DNA from: an uncultured delta proteobacterium
GTDB lineage: Bacteria; Desulfobacterota; Desulfobacteria; Desulfobacterales; Desulfosarcinaceae
Assembly (NCBI GenBank): GCA_963705475.1
Contig: CAVPJS010000030.1
Span: 147,684 to 211,683, forward strand
Direction: 5' to 3'
DNA length: 64,000 bases
The stretch's first letter is position 1. The number at the start of each line of letters is the position of its first letter. Under the pieces are notes generated by a model that saw only the letters and a list, made by a program, of their open reading frames with translations, was not told the origin of the DNA and made no database searches. Made by a program: the position numbers and the translations under genes. This document shows, piece after piece, positions 44,620-54,014 of this stretch.

Positions 44620-46146
44620 CTATTTTTCCGTCCCGGCCGTTGGTGGAGGCAGGAACAGGCCGAAAACCAGACAAATCATTGCAGCGATCAGCGCCAACCA
44701 AAAGACGTCGACCACGCAGCTGCCGATGGCCTGGTGCAATGCCGTTTGGACGTCCGGCAGCAGTTGTTGCTGGACATCCGGGCGAAAGAAATTTTCGAAG
44801 TTCTGCCGGATCTGTTCCATCACTGCAGGCCTTATGCTTCCGTGCAACGCCGATTCATTGAGCGTGTCGGCCACCTGGGCGAATCGGGCGGTGACCAGGC
44901 TGCCGCAGATGCCGATGCCCACCGTCCCCCCGAGGGTGCGGGTGAACTGGTGGGATGACGTGGCAACGCCTAAATCGGTCTTTTGAACGCTGTTCTGGAC
45001 GACCAGCAGGGTGGCAATGGAAGTGAACCCCATGCCCACCCCGGCCAGACCCATGGCCACCGCACAGGTCCATAGGCGGGTGGCCGCCGAGAAACGCACG
45101 GCCATCACGCAGCCGACGATCAAGATGATGCCGCCGGCCAGAGAAAAGGGCTTTTCTCCCCAGCGGTTGGACCGTCGCCCGCAATAGAGGGCACCGGCCG
45201 ACCAGCCGAAGCTGAGAAACATCATGACCATACCCAGCTGAAAGGGCGACTGGCCCAGGGCCCCCTGAATAAACAGGGGGCTGAAGGCGGAAAGCGAAAA
45301 AATCGACACACTGCTGAAAAATACCAGGCCGTTGCCGGTGGAAAACCCCCTCAAGCGGAAAAAATCGAAGCAGAGGATGGGTTCGTTGCTGCGTTTTTCG
45401 GCAACGTAGAAGCATATGGCGGACACGAAGAACAGGGCGAACAGACTTAGGATCGGCAGCGATATCCAGTCGTACTCCCGTCCACCCAGCAAGAAGGCGG
45501 TTAGCAAAGAGAGAATCGCCACGACCAGGGTAATGATGCCGGCATAGTCGATCTCGATCACCTCATGCTTGTCCCGGGTTTCCTTGAGAAAAAACCAGAT
45601 GCCGACCAGGGAAAGCAGGCCGATGGGCACGTTGATGTAGAAAATCCAGCGCCAGGAGACCCAGTTGACGATAAAACCACCCAAGGACGGTCCCAGCACA
45701 CTGGCCAACCCCCAGACGAAACTGGCATAGGACATCATCCTGCCGCGGTTTTCCGGCTCGGAAATATCCGCCAGCACGATGTATACCAGGGCGAAGTTGC
45801 CGCCGGCCCCGATACCCTGAATGGCCCGGAAAGCGGTCAGCGCCATCATGCTCCGGGCCAGGCCGGCCAGCACGGATCCAACCAAAAAGATCAGAATGGA
45901 TACCAGGTAAAGGGTGCGGTTGGGAAAGAGGTCCGCCAGTTTGCCGAACACCGGCAGGGCGACCGCCCGGCTGAGCAGATAGGTCGAAAAAACCCAGCTG
46001 TAGAGGTGCAGCCCCCCCAAATCGGCAACGATGGTAGGCATGACCGCGCTCATGATCAACGTGTCCAGGGCGGCCAGAAACAAGGCCAGCAGGGTGGCCA
46101 GAATCAAGAGCAGTCGGCGATTGGGGGAAAGATGGTCGGGGGGCAT
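44620..46146 (-). CDS. MFS transporter, 14-TMS drug:H+ antiporter (DHA2/EmrB-like) type
   Basis: 508 aa. LATLLALFLAALDTLIMSAVMPTI and GKLADLFPNRTLY motifs. About 14 hydrophobic segments. Confidence 0.85.
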   Translation of the reverse strand: MPPDHLSPNRRLLLILATLLALFLAALDTLIMSAVMPTIVADLGGLHLYSWVFSTYLLSRAVALPVFGKLADLFPNRTLYLVSILIFLVGSVLAGLARSMMALTAFRAIQGIGAGGNFALVYIVLADISEPENRGRMMSYASFVWGLASVLGPSLGGFIVNWVSWRWIFYINVPIGLLSLVGIWFFLKETRDKHEVIEIDYAGIITLVVAILSLLTAFLLGGREYDWISLPILSLFALFFVSAICFYVAEKRSNEPILCFDFFRLRGFSTGNGLVFFSSVSIFSLSAFSPLFIQGALGQSPFQLGMVMMFLSFGWSAGALYCGRRSNRWGEKPFSLAGGIILIVGCVMAVRFSAATRLWTCAVAMGLAGVGMGFTSIATLLVVQNSVQKTDLGVATSSHQFTRTLGGTVGIGICGSLVTARFAQVADTLNESALHGSIRPAVMEQIRQNFENFFRPDVQQQLLPDVQTALHQAIGSCVVDVFWLALIAAMICLVFGLFLPPPTAGTEK

Positions 46147-46408
46147 CGGGTCCTTTTTGGCCTGTTTCCATTGTTTGATCGATGATTCCCCGCGGCGGGC
46201 CGTCGTGAATGTGCGCGATATCGCGGTTCAGAATCGATTCACGATACCCTGACAGCGAGGCCAATTCAAGAGCCTTCCAAACGCATCGAGGGTGTGCGGT
46301 GGATAAAACAAATCAAATTTGTTAAGAACGGGTCGGTCGCACCCGCTTCTGTTGGGACAGACCCCACACCAACCATCAACCACGGCCACCGATGCACGGG
46401 TTGGAACC

Positions 46409-47017
46409 ATGACCGTCCTGTCTGCCGGAACCGCTTTTTCCAGAATCTGCTCCTGGCTCGCCCCTATCGCCGGGTACCTGTCAGTGGGAAAACTGCTGCA
46501 CGCCGTCACCGTCACCGAACTGTTTACAATCACCGCCGTGGCCACCTGTATCGGCGACCATCCTCTGGCGTATCCAACCCTTTTATCGCTGAGCCTGTTT
46601 CCCCTTTTCACCCAGTTGGATGCCCGTTCCCGATTCCAGGAATACAAGCGCGTCAGGGATCAACTGACCCGCTATGGCCCACACCGGAGAATTTTCATGT
46701 CGGTCGCCGGCTCGCGATGCCAGCGCGACGCCGCCGTGGCCGCCGCCAGGCAGCTGGGCTATGCGTCGCACTGCACGGCCTGCTTCTGCGCTGCCGGCTA
46801 CCGATGGTATCACCTGCTGCCCGACGCCGTGAAGCGTCATCCCCGCCTTCTCGTCTCTCCCGTATTCTGGCGCACAACATTTTTCATGCCGACCTACCCA
46901 ACCAGAAAACGGCTGGTTCCTGACTTCAAAAGCAGCCGCGCTGAGGTCCTGATTGGTTCCTGCCCGTCATTCGGCGACGTGCAAAAAGAACCCAGGGTGC
47001 TTGACCCGGTGGGATGA
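46409..47017 (+). CDS. Hypothetical membrane protein
   Basis: ORF 46319..47017 trimmed to MTVLSAGTAF. Hydrophobic N-terminal half and coding-like third-position GC. No family recognised. Confidence 0.45.
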   Translation: MTVLSAGTAFSRICSWLAPIAGYLSVGKLLHAVTVTELFTITAVATCIGDHPLAYPTLLSLSLFPLFTQLDARSRFQEYKRVRDQLTRYGPHRRIFMSVAGSRCQRDAAVAAARQLGYASHCTACFCAAGYRWYHLLPDAVKRHPRLLVSPVFWRTTFFMPTYPTRKRLVPDFKSSRAEVLIGSCPSFGDVQKEPRVLDPVG

Positions 47018-47066
47018 TGGTGTAGATTAAGATCAACCCTGTTGCCGATTGACTGGATGCATCACC

Positions 47067-47711
47067 ATGCGCCTTGGCCGGAAAAGATGGTTGCTGTGGC
47101 TTGTCACCCTATTTGTCAGGGCCCCATGGGCCATGGCATACGAAGAGGTCGAGGATCTGGTGGACATCTTTGCCACGGACAGTGCCTTCATCGCCGTGGT
47201 AGATGGAAAACGCAATTTTTCAGAAGCCAAAAGTTCGGGTGAAACGATTCTCTGGCAAGGCGCCAAAGGGGAAATCGGCGCCTTTCTGACCAGTGATCGG
47301 CTGTTGGCCGTTTCGACCCGATCGGGGCAGTGGAACGTTCGCCCATTAAAGATCAATGAAAAAAAAGAGCCGCCCGACATGCTGATCGCTGCCCACCTGC
47401 TGCTCATGCTGACCGGTGAGCGCATCGTCACCTTCGGCACCCATACCGGCGGCTTTGTTAAGACCCCCATGCCCATCGGCGAGCCGGTCGTCGCAAAATC
47501 ATCGGAGGGGCGCGTGGCCGCCGTGGTCACCCCAGCCCGGGCATTCGGGTTCTCCTGCTATCGCAGAGGTGTTGCCGAAATCCGTTTTCGACTCAAGGAA
47601 ACGGTTCTTTCACTGAAAACCACCTACACCAAAATCACCCTGCAAACATCCCAGCGGCTGATTACCTTGAAAGCCGAAGAGGCCGTGTGGCGACAGTTCG
47701 ACCTGAAGTAA
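47067..47711 (+). CDS. Hypothetical exported protein
   Basis: Trimmed to MRLGRKRWLLWLVTLFVRAPWAMA (signal-peptide-like). No family recognised. Confidence 0.5.
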   Translation: MRLGRKRWLLWLVTLFVRAPWAMAYEEVEDLVDIFATDSAFIAVVDGKRNFSEAKSSGETILWQGAKGEIGAFLTSDRLLAVSTRSGQWNVRPLKINEKKEPPDMLIAAHLLLMLTGERIVTFGTHTGGFVKTPMPIGEPVVAKSSEGRVAAVVTPARAFGFSCYRRGVAEIRFRLKETVLSLKTTYTKITLQTSQRLITLKAEEAVWRQFDLK

Positions 47712-48203
47712 TCGGTGATGGTCGGCGCAGCGAACGGGATTTTCGAATCACGGCGGCGGTGGATGCCATCTTTTGAAATATCTTGAAGCATGGACTGGCT
47801 TGAATAAACGCAGGGTATCGGATTTCGCGTGAACGACTGTGGCCGCGCGATCCGTGTGCTTGATGGGCATTCATTTTCCCTGAAGCGCACGGACGGGGGC
47901 ATCGAGGTCGAGATTGCAGGGGCACCGCAAATGCACGACGTCATGCAGCTGCTCGATGGCAACGGTCTGGAATGCGAGATCGCCGACATTGCCGAGGAAA
48001 TCTATCAGGGGTGATAGGATTGGCAGCGGTCCGCCGTGAGCGGATCATCATGGCCGGATAATTGCCGCGATGCACCGCCAAATGACTGCGCCTGGAATAA
48101 ACACGTTTCGGTGGCAGTGGAAAAAGGGGTGCTGGCCTCACGACGGTGCTTTCCCTGAACCTGAAACCCTCGACGCCGTCGTCACAACCAATCCGGTATC
48201 GGT

Positions 48204-48632
48204 TCATCTGCCGGCCGTTTCTATTTTCTCCTTCAACTTGGCGTCGAATTTGGCCTTGTCGATGACAAAGCGCTCGTGACGGCCGCTGGCAATCCGATCT
48301 GCGCCATCGTGGGCTTCGATTTCAAAAACCAGGCGGCGCCTGTCCACCTCAATCAACTTCACGTTGACGGTAACTTCAAATCCGGGCGGTGTGGCCGCCG
48401 TGTGGCTGACATCGATGTGGGTCCCCACCGTCTGTTCGCTGGGCCAGTCCAAGTGCGGGATGGTCAGTTGAATGCATGTCCACTCAAACAACCCCACCAT
48501 GAAACCGGTGGCAAAGACGGTCGGCATAATCTGAAATTCACTGGCCTCCGGGTAAAGCGCCGGTACGGTTTTGGCATCGGTGACCGGATAGCGGAATTCA
48601 TGCTCGATTCCGGGCCTTAAGGATTCTTTCAT
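48204..48632 (-). CDS. Hotdog-fold thioesterase (fluoroacetyl-CoA-thioesterase-like family)
   Basis: AGGAGG RBS. MKESLRPGIEHEFRYPVTDAKTVPALYPE...VFATGFMVGLFEWTC...GTHIDVSHTAATPPG. Confidence 0.75.
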   Translation of the reverse strand: MKESLRPGIEHEFRYPVTDAKTVPALYPEASEFQIMPTVFATGFMVGLFEWTCIQLTIPHLDWPSEQTVGTHIDVSHTAATPPGFEVTVNVKLIEVDRRRLVFEIEAHDGADRIASGRHERFVIDKAKFDAKLKEKIETAGR

Positions 48633-48705
48633 TGACTCCTCCTTTTCTGTAACTGCCTGCATTGGCGGAGGCGGTGGCAGGGTCAGCCTCCTGAAGGGAA
48701 ACCCA

Positions 48706-48743
48706 GTGAACCCTCCCCGCGGCTTGCCGCGGGGAGGGTTCAC
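48706..48743. repeat. Perfect 17-bp-stem hairpin with a 4-nt loop in the thioesterase 5' region
   Basis: GTGAACCCTCCCCGCGG-cttg-CCGCGGGGAGGGTTCAC. No adjacent U-tract on either strand. Confidence 0.6.
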
Positions 48744-48987
48744 TGTATGAATGAAAATCAATCTGTCGTTCTCGGTTCAAGGGCATTGATAATCAAAATT
48801 TATTCGATAAATACCATTCAAATTTTGCGGTTTCAATATTAGATAAAATATACTACGATGAATTCATTGTCGTGTTTTGGGTAAATCCAGACACCCCTTG
48901 AACAGGGGGCATACCGGTCAATCCCAGCGGAAGTCAGACACGGGGGCAATCTCGTGGAGATGATTCGCTTCAGACAGGAGGTGCGCG

Positions 48988-49194
48988 ATGGGGGCAATTT
49001 TGGAACAGGACGTAAAAAGGATCGAAGAAAGCGTGGTCCGTTTTTTTTCGCCCAATGGATTGGCAACAGTCGTTATCCTGATCGTGCTGAGCGTTATGTT
49101 ATTCAGTGGCAGCGGCATCGAAAACCGCACCACGGATGATCCGGGCACCGGCAATCAACGGGCGGTGGCATCTCCGATTCTTCATACCCCCTGA
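48988..49194 (+). CDS. Small single-TM hypothetical protein (68 aa)
   Basis: ATG 6 nt after AGGAGG. Hydrophobic segment LATVVILIVLSVMLF. Followed by the terminator at 49246..49286. Confidence 0.55.
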   Translation: MGAILEQDVKRIEESVVRFFSPNGLATVVILIVLSVMLFSGSGIENRTTDDPGTGNQRAVASPILHTP

Positions 49195-49245
49195 AAGGCG
49201 GCACGCGACCAGCCGTCGCAGCGCAATGCGCTGCAACCCAAAGGC

Positions 49246-49286
49246 AAAAGCCTCCTTGTGGTAACCCACGAGGAGGCTTTTTTATT
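49246..49286. terminator. Bidirectional intrinsic terminator (small ORF on +, prpE on -)
   Basis: AGCCTCCT-14 nt-AGGAGGCT with TTTTTTATT on the + strand and TTTTG on the - strand. Confidence 0.7.
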
Positions 49287-49300
49287 CGTCCGTTGGTCGA

Positions 49301-51208
49301 TCAGGCTTTTCTTGAACCGGCGTACCCGATGCCTTTGAGGGCAGTTTCCATTTCACCGAGAATGGTCGGGTCATCGATGGTGGCCGGCACGTTATATTCC
49401 ACGTTGTCGGCAATCTTCTGGATGGTACCGCGCAGGATCTTGCCCGAACGGGTTTTGGGCAGCCGGTTGACCACGGTGGCGGTCTTGAAGGCCGCCACCG
49501 GCCCGATGCGCTCACGGACCATCTTGACGACCTCGGCGGTAATTTCACCGTGGTCCCGGTCAACACCGGCATTCAGCACCAGGAACCCGACGGGAATCTG
49601 CCCCTTGAGCTTGTCGGCAACGCCCAGAACGGCGCATTCGGCCACATCTGGATGATCAGCCAGAACCTCTTCCATGGCACCGGTTGATAGGCGATGCCCG
49701 GCCACGTTGATGATATCGTCGGTGCGGGCCATGACGTAGGCGTAGCCCTCTTCGTCGATATAGCCGGCATCGGCGGTCTTGTAACAGCCCGGAAATTCTT
49801 CCAGATAAGATTCGATGAAACGCGCATCGTTCTTGTACAGGGTGGGCAGCGTTCCCGGAGGCAGCGGCAGCTTGACCACCAGCGCGCCGATGGTACCCGG
49901 GGCCACCGGCTCGTTGTCGTCGTTCACCACCTGCAGATTCCAACCGGGGACGGCCTTGGTGGGTGAGCCATACTTGACGGGAAACCGATGCAGGCCCATG
50001 CAGTTGGCCGCAATGGCCCAACCGGTTTCGGTCTGCCACCAGTGATCGATGACGGGAACCTTGAGGTTGTTTTCCGACCATTGAATGGTGTCCGGGTCGG
50101 AGCGTTCCCCGGCCAGGAAAAGAATCTTGAAACAGGAAATGTCGTATTGCTTGATCAGCTCCCCTATGGGATCATCGCGTTTGATGGCCCGAAAGGCCGT
50201 GGGTGCCGTAAACAGACACTTGACCTGGTGCTGGGAAATGATTCGCCAGAAAACACCGGCATCGGGAGTGCCAACCGGTTTTCCTTCAAACAGGATCGTG
50301 GTGGCGCCTTTGAACAGCGGCGCGTAGACGATGTAGGAGTGTCCGACGACCCAACCCACATCGGATGCCGCCCACCAGACGTCACCGGCATCAATGTCGT
50401 AAACATTCTTCATGGTCCATTTCAGGGCCACCAGGTGGCCGCCGTTGTCCCGGACGACACCCTTGGGCTGACCGGTGGTACCTGAAGTATAGAGGATGTA
50501 TAGCGGATCGGTGGCCGCCACCGGCACACAGCCCGCCGGTTTGGCAGACATCATGGCTTGGGTCCAGTCCACATCGCGTCCGTCGATCATCTCGGCGCTT
50601 TCCATGGAGCGCTGAAGGATAATGCAGCATTGCGGCTTGTGGTCAGCCATCTCGATGGCACCGTCGAGCAGGGGTTTGTACTTGATCACCTTTTTGACCT
50701 CGATGCCGCATGAGGCCGAAACGATGGCTTTGGGTTTGGCGTCATTGATGCGCGTGGCCAGTTCTTTGGCCGCGAACCCACCGAAAACCACCGAGTGGAT
50801 GGCACCGATGCGCGCACAGGCAAGCATGGCGATAGCCGCCTCGGCAATCATGGGCATATAGATCAGGACACGGTCGCCCTTGACCACGCCCTGGGCCGCC
50901 AGTACACCGGCAAATCTAGCGGTCTCGTCGCGCAATTCGCGGTAAGTATAGGTTTTGATAGTATCGGTTACGGGGCTGTCATAAATCAATGCCGCCTGAT
51001 CGGCCCGACCATTTTCTACGTGAAAATCCAATGCATTGTAGCAGGTGTTCATTTCACCGCCGGTAAACCACCGGTAAAATGGCGGGTTGCTGTCATCCAA
51101 GACTTTGTCCCATCGTTTGGTCCAGTGGCAATCTTCCGCCGCTTTACCCCAGAAACTGTCCGGATCGTTGATCGATTCCGCAAATGCCGCTTCGTATGGG
51201 TTGGTCAT
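49301..51208 (-). CDS. prpE: Propionate--CoA ligase / acetyl-CoA-synthetase-family AMP-forming ligase
   Basis: 635 aa. N-terminus FWGKAAEDCHWTKRWDKVLDDSNPPFYRWFTGGEMNTCYNALDFHV is typical of PrpE. AMP motif YTSGTTGQPKGV. Confidence 0.8.
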   Translation of the reverse strand: MTNPYEAAFAESINDPDSFWGKAAEDCHWTKRWDKVLDDSNPPFYRWFTGGEMNTCYNALDFHVENGRADQAALIYDSPVTDTIKTYTYRELRDETARFAGVLAAQGVVKGDRVLIYMPMIAEAAIAMLACARIGAIHSVVFGGFAAKELATRINDAKPKAIVSASCGIEVKKVIKYKPLLDGAIEMADHKPQCCIILQRSMESAEMIDGRDVDWTQAMMSAKPAGCVPVAATDPLYILYTSGTTGQPKGVVRDNGGHLVALKWTMKNVYDIDAGDVWWAASDVGWVVGHSYIVYAPLFKGATTILFEGKPVGTPDAGVFWRIISQHQVKCLFTAPTAFRAIKRDDPIGELIKQYDISCFKILFLAGERSDPDTIQWSENNLKVPVIDHWWQTETGWAIAANCMGLHRFPVKYGSPTKAVPGWNLQVVNDDNEPVAPGTIGALVVKLPLPPGTLPTLYKNDARFIESYLEEFPGCYKTADAGYIDEEGYAYVMARTDDIINVAGHRLSTGAMEEVLADHPDVAECAVLGVADKLKGQIPVGFLVLNAGVDRDHGEITAEVVKMVRERIGPVAAFKTATVVNRLPKTRSGKILRGTIQKIADNVEYNVPATIDDPTILGEMETALKGIGYAGSRKA

Positions 51209-51232
51209 GCATCCGTCCTTTCTTGTGCCGTG

Positions 51233-51838
51233 TCAGGCAGCTTCTTTGGCCAGGTTGCCAACCGGTGCGGGAGAGGGATCGATCCACGGTTTTCCAAGGG
51301 GCAGGATCTCCTTGCCAAAAACCTGGGCGTAAATGGCGGCCGCCATCATGTACCAGGCGTTCAGTGCACACAGAATCAGGATGACGGCGGTGGGCTTGGT
51401 CAGTGCGGGAAATCCGAAATGGGCCAGATCCAGACCGATAAAACCAATCAGCAGCAAGGTGAACGTGGAGGCCATGGCGCCGTGGATGCGCATGGCGCCA
51501 ACCCACAAAATAGCGGTGTAGAGGGTCCACACGATCAGGAAGAAACCGACATCCGTGCCACTGAGGGTATAAATTTTAAAGTGGTTCAACATCCAGATAA
51601 CCCCCAGTGCGATCCAGAAGGCACCATAGGAGACAAAGGCACTGTATCCAAAATTGTTGCCGCATTTGAACTCCTGAAACCCAGCGATCAGCTGGGCCAG
51701 GCCGCCGAACGTAAAGGCGAGGGCCAGGACCGGACCGATACCGCACCATCCCAGGTTGTGAAACTGAAGGATCAACGTGGTTAAACCGAAACCGGCCAGA
51801 CCGACGACTGCTGGATTTCCTTGACCTTCTGCTGCCAT
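51233..51838 (-). CDS. satP: GPR1/FUN34/YaaH-family acetate/succinate-type carboxylate channel
   Basis: AGGAGG RBS. NPAVVGLAGFGLTTLILQ signature. Six hydrophobic segments. Confidence 0.85.
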   Translation of the reverse strand: MAAEGQGNPAVVGLAGFGLTTLILQFHNLGWCGIGPVLALAFTFGGLAQLIAGFQEFKCGNNFGYSAFVSYGAFWIALGVIWMLNHFKIYTLSGTDVGFFLIVWTLYTAILWVGAMRIHGAMASTFTLLLIGFIGLDLAHFGFPALTKPTAVILILCALNAWYMMAAAIYAQVFGKEILPLGKPWIDPSPAPVGNLAKEAA

Positions 51839-51903
51839 TAAGACCTCCTCTGAATAGTTGTTGGCAAATTGGAACCCGTCACAAGCAATGCAAATCGTGG
51901 CCA

Positions 51904-51918
51904 GCAAGTGTCGTGCCA
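51904..51918 (-). promoter_or_regulatory. Sigma-54 (-24/-12) promoter
   Basis: Minus strand: TGGCAC-gacac-TTGC, an exact match to the TGGCAC-N5-TTGC core. It lies 66 nt upstream of the satP ATG and next to a sigma-54 activator gene. Confidence 0.75.
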
Positions 51919-52013
51919 GCATGTAACGATAGATTTTAATGGTACCAAATCAAATAATTAAACAGTTCGGGCAGGCTTATCGATAGAATCGCAAGAGGAT
52001 GGGTGAATGAGTC

Positions 52014-52030
52014 ACAATAGTCCCAAATGG
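52014..52030. promoter_or_regulatory. Candidate enhancer (UAS) motif copy 1
   Basis: ACAATAGTCCCAAATGG shares AAT-W-GTCCCAA-W-T with the copy at 52084..52100. It lies about 100 nt upstream of the sigma-54 promoter. Confidence 0.3.
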
Positions 52031-52083
52031 TAGCTGGTTAAAATAAAATCATTTGATATAATTGGTAAATAATAAAATGAGGC

Positions 52084-52100
52084 GTAATTGTCCCAATTAG
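52084..52100. promoter_or_regulatory. Candidate enhancer (UAS) motif copy 2
   Basis: GTAATTGTCCCAATTAG. TCCCAATTAGGGA (52091..52103) is itself an inverted repeat. It is separated from copy 1 by an AT-rich tract. Confidence 0.3.
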
Positions 52101-52106
52101 GGATTT

Positions 52107-54014
52107 TTAAATCCCGTACATTTTGATTTTACGGAAGAGGGTGCGCCGGTCGATGCCCAATAATTGGGCCACCCGTGAACGATGCCATTGGTTTTCGTTT
52201 AGCAGGTGCTGGATGTATTCTTTTTCGAAAGCCGCCACGGCATCATTCAGGGGTTGATCTCCCGGCGCCGGATGAAAGGGGCGTCCGGCAAGGAGCGGTG
52301 GCGAGGGCGTGCCTTCATCCGGCGCCGGGAGATCCAGAAAATCGATCTCTCCCAAGGTGATGTAGCGATGAACGCTGTTCTGCAGCTCGCGAATGTTGCC
52401 CGGCCAGTCATATTCCTGCATGGCCGCGATGATGCGCTGAGGCACCACGGGAAGCTTGTCGCCGTGGTGAACGTCGCTGACGAAATGGTTTACCAGAAGT
52501 GGTATATCCTCTTTTCTTGATTTCAAGGGAGGCAGGTAAATGGGCAGAATATGAATTCGATAGTAAAAATCCTTGCGAAAACGACCCGCTTCCAGACGGC
52601 TGCGCAAGTTGCGATTGGTCGCAGCCACGATGCGGATGTCGGCCTGCTGCAACGCGCTGCTGCCGATGGGGGTGTAGCCCCCGCCCTCGATCGCCCGCAG
52701 CAATTTGACCTGCAAGGTCTGGCTCAACTCACCCACTTCGTCCATGAACAGGGTCCCGCCGTCGGCCGCATCCAGATAGCCGGGCCTGTCCTGATCCGCT
52801 CCGGTAAACGCCCCTTTGCGGTAGCCGAAGAATTCACTTTCGATGAGGTTGTCTGGAATGGCTCCGCAGTGGACCGTTACGAATTGCTTGCTGCCGCGGT
52901 CGGACAGGTCGTGGATCGTCTTGGCCACCAGCTCCTTGCCGGTGCCGGATTCGCCATAAATGACGACATGGGCGTTGGACTCCGCAGCTTTCAGGATGTT
53001 CTCGTAAACCTCCTGCATGGGGCGGCTCTTGCCGATAATATGGCCGAAGCGGCTGGCCGTCCGCATGGAGGACTTCAGGCGCCGGTTTTTTTCCGAAAGC
53101 TGAGCCTCCCGCTGGCGCAGCCAGTCTTCGGTGGCTTTGCGTTCGGTGATATCCAGCACCACGGCCTGCAGGCTTCTAACCTGTCCTTCATTGCCGAACA
53201 TCGGTGATTGAACGGCATCATACCAGCGGCCGTCTTTTTCGTTATAAAATTCAGTGTGTGCGGTCTGCCCCGCGAATACGTCCGTGTATCGGCACCACGG
53301 GCACGGCCGGTCCAGGCCGTAAAGGACGAAATGACAGCGCTTGCCGGCCACATCTTCGCCCACATGATCGGCCAGCTTGCGATTGACGAAATCCAGGCAG
53401 AAGTCCGCATCACAGGTATAGATAAACCCCTCGAAGATGGAAACGACTTCCGCCAGCCGCGCTTCGCTCTGTCGCAGGGCGGCAGCAGTCTTTTCACGGA
53501 TGGCCATTTCTTTTTTCAATTCGGCATTGGCCACCAGAAGCTGTTCACTACGCCAGATCAGGTCCTGCGTCCGGGCACGGATTTCATCCTCCAGATGGGA
53601 CTGATAACGCCGATTCTCCTCCCGCAGGCGGGTACGTTCCAACGCCCGATTGACGGCGTGCGCCAACACCGCCATGTCGACAATGGGTTTGGTGACGAAA
53701 TCGAAGGCCCCCAGGCGCAGGGCCGCCACGGCATCCTGGAGTACACCGGCCCCGGTGACCACGATCACGGGAACCAGGTCCAATTCTCCTGCAATCGACG
53801 CCAGCACCTCAAGCCCGTCCATGTGTGGCATGCGCAGATCTAGCACCACCACATGGGGATCGACCCGCCGAAATCGGTCGAGCCCCTCTTTGCCATCTTT
53901 GGCCTGGTGTACGGCAAATCCGCTGTCTTCAAGATAGGTGGATATGCTGACGCGCACAATTTCTTCGTCATCGATGACGAGAACACGCTTTGGTTGTACA
54001 ATTTCAGCTGACAT
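52107..54014 (-). CDS. Sigma-54-dependent response regulator (receiver-PAS-AAA+-HTH)
   Basis: Receiver VLVIDDEEIV...LDLRMPHMDG. Walker A GESGTGKE. GAFTGA motif. C-terminal HTH SRVAQLLGIDRRTLFRKIK. Confidence 0.9.
   Translation of the reverse strand: MSAEIVQPKRVLVIDDEEIVRVSISTYLEDSGFAVHQAKDGKEGLDRFRRVDPHVVVLDLRMPHMDGLEVLASIAGELDLVPVIVVTGAGVLQDAVAALRLGAFDFVTKPIVDMAVLAHAVNRALERTRLREENRRYQSHLEDEIRARTQDLIWRSEQLLVANAELKKEMAIREKTAAALRQSEARLAEVVSIFEGFIYTCDADFCLDFVNRKLADHVGEDVAGKRCHFVLYGLDRPCPWCRYTDVFAGQTAHTEFYNEKDGRWYDAVQSPMFGNEGQVRSLQAVVLDITERKATEDWLRQREAQLSEKNRRLKSSMRTASRFGHIIGKSRPMQEVYENILKAAESNAHVVIYGESGTGKELVAKTIHDLSDRGSKQFVTVHCGAIPDNLIESEFFGYRKGAFTGADQDRPGYLDAADGGTLFMDEVGELSQTLQVKLLRAIEGGGYTPIGSSALQQADIRIVAATNRNLRSRLEAGRFRKDFYYRIHILPIYLPPLKSRKEDIPLLVNHFVSDVHHGDKLPVVPQRIIAAMQEYDWPGNIRELQNSVHRYITLGEIDFLDLPAPDEGTPSPPLLAGRPFHPAPGDQPLNDAVAAFEKEYIQHLLNENQWHRSRVAQLLGIDRRTLFRKIKMYGI

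Noticed and set aside
47829-48014. 61-aa ORF with a GTG start.
   Set aside because: No convincing RBS and no recognisable motif, and it lies in a spacer with several overlapping short ORFs. The support is insufficient to report it as a gene.
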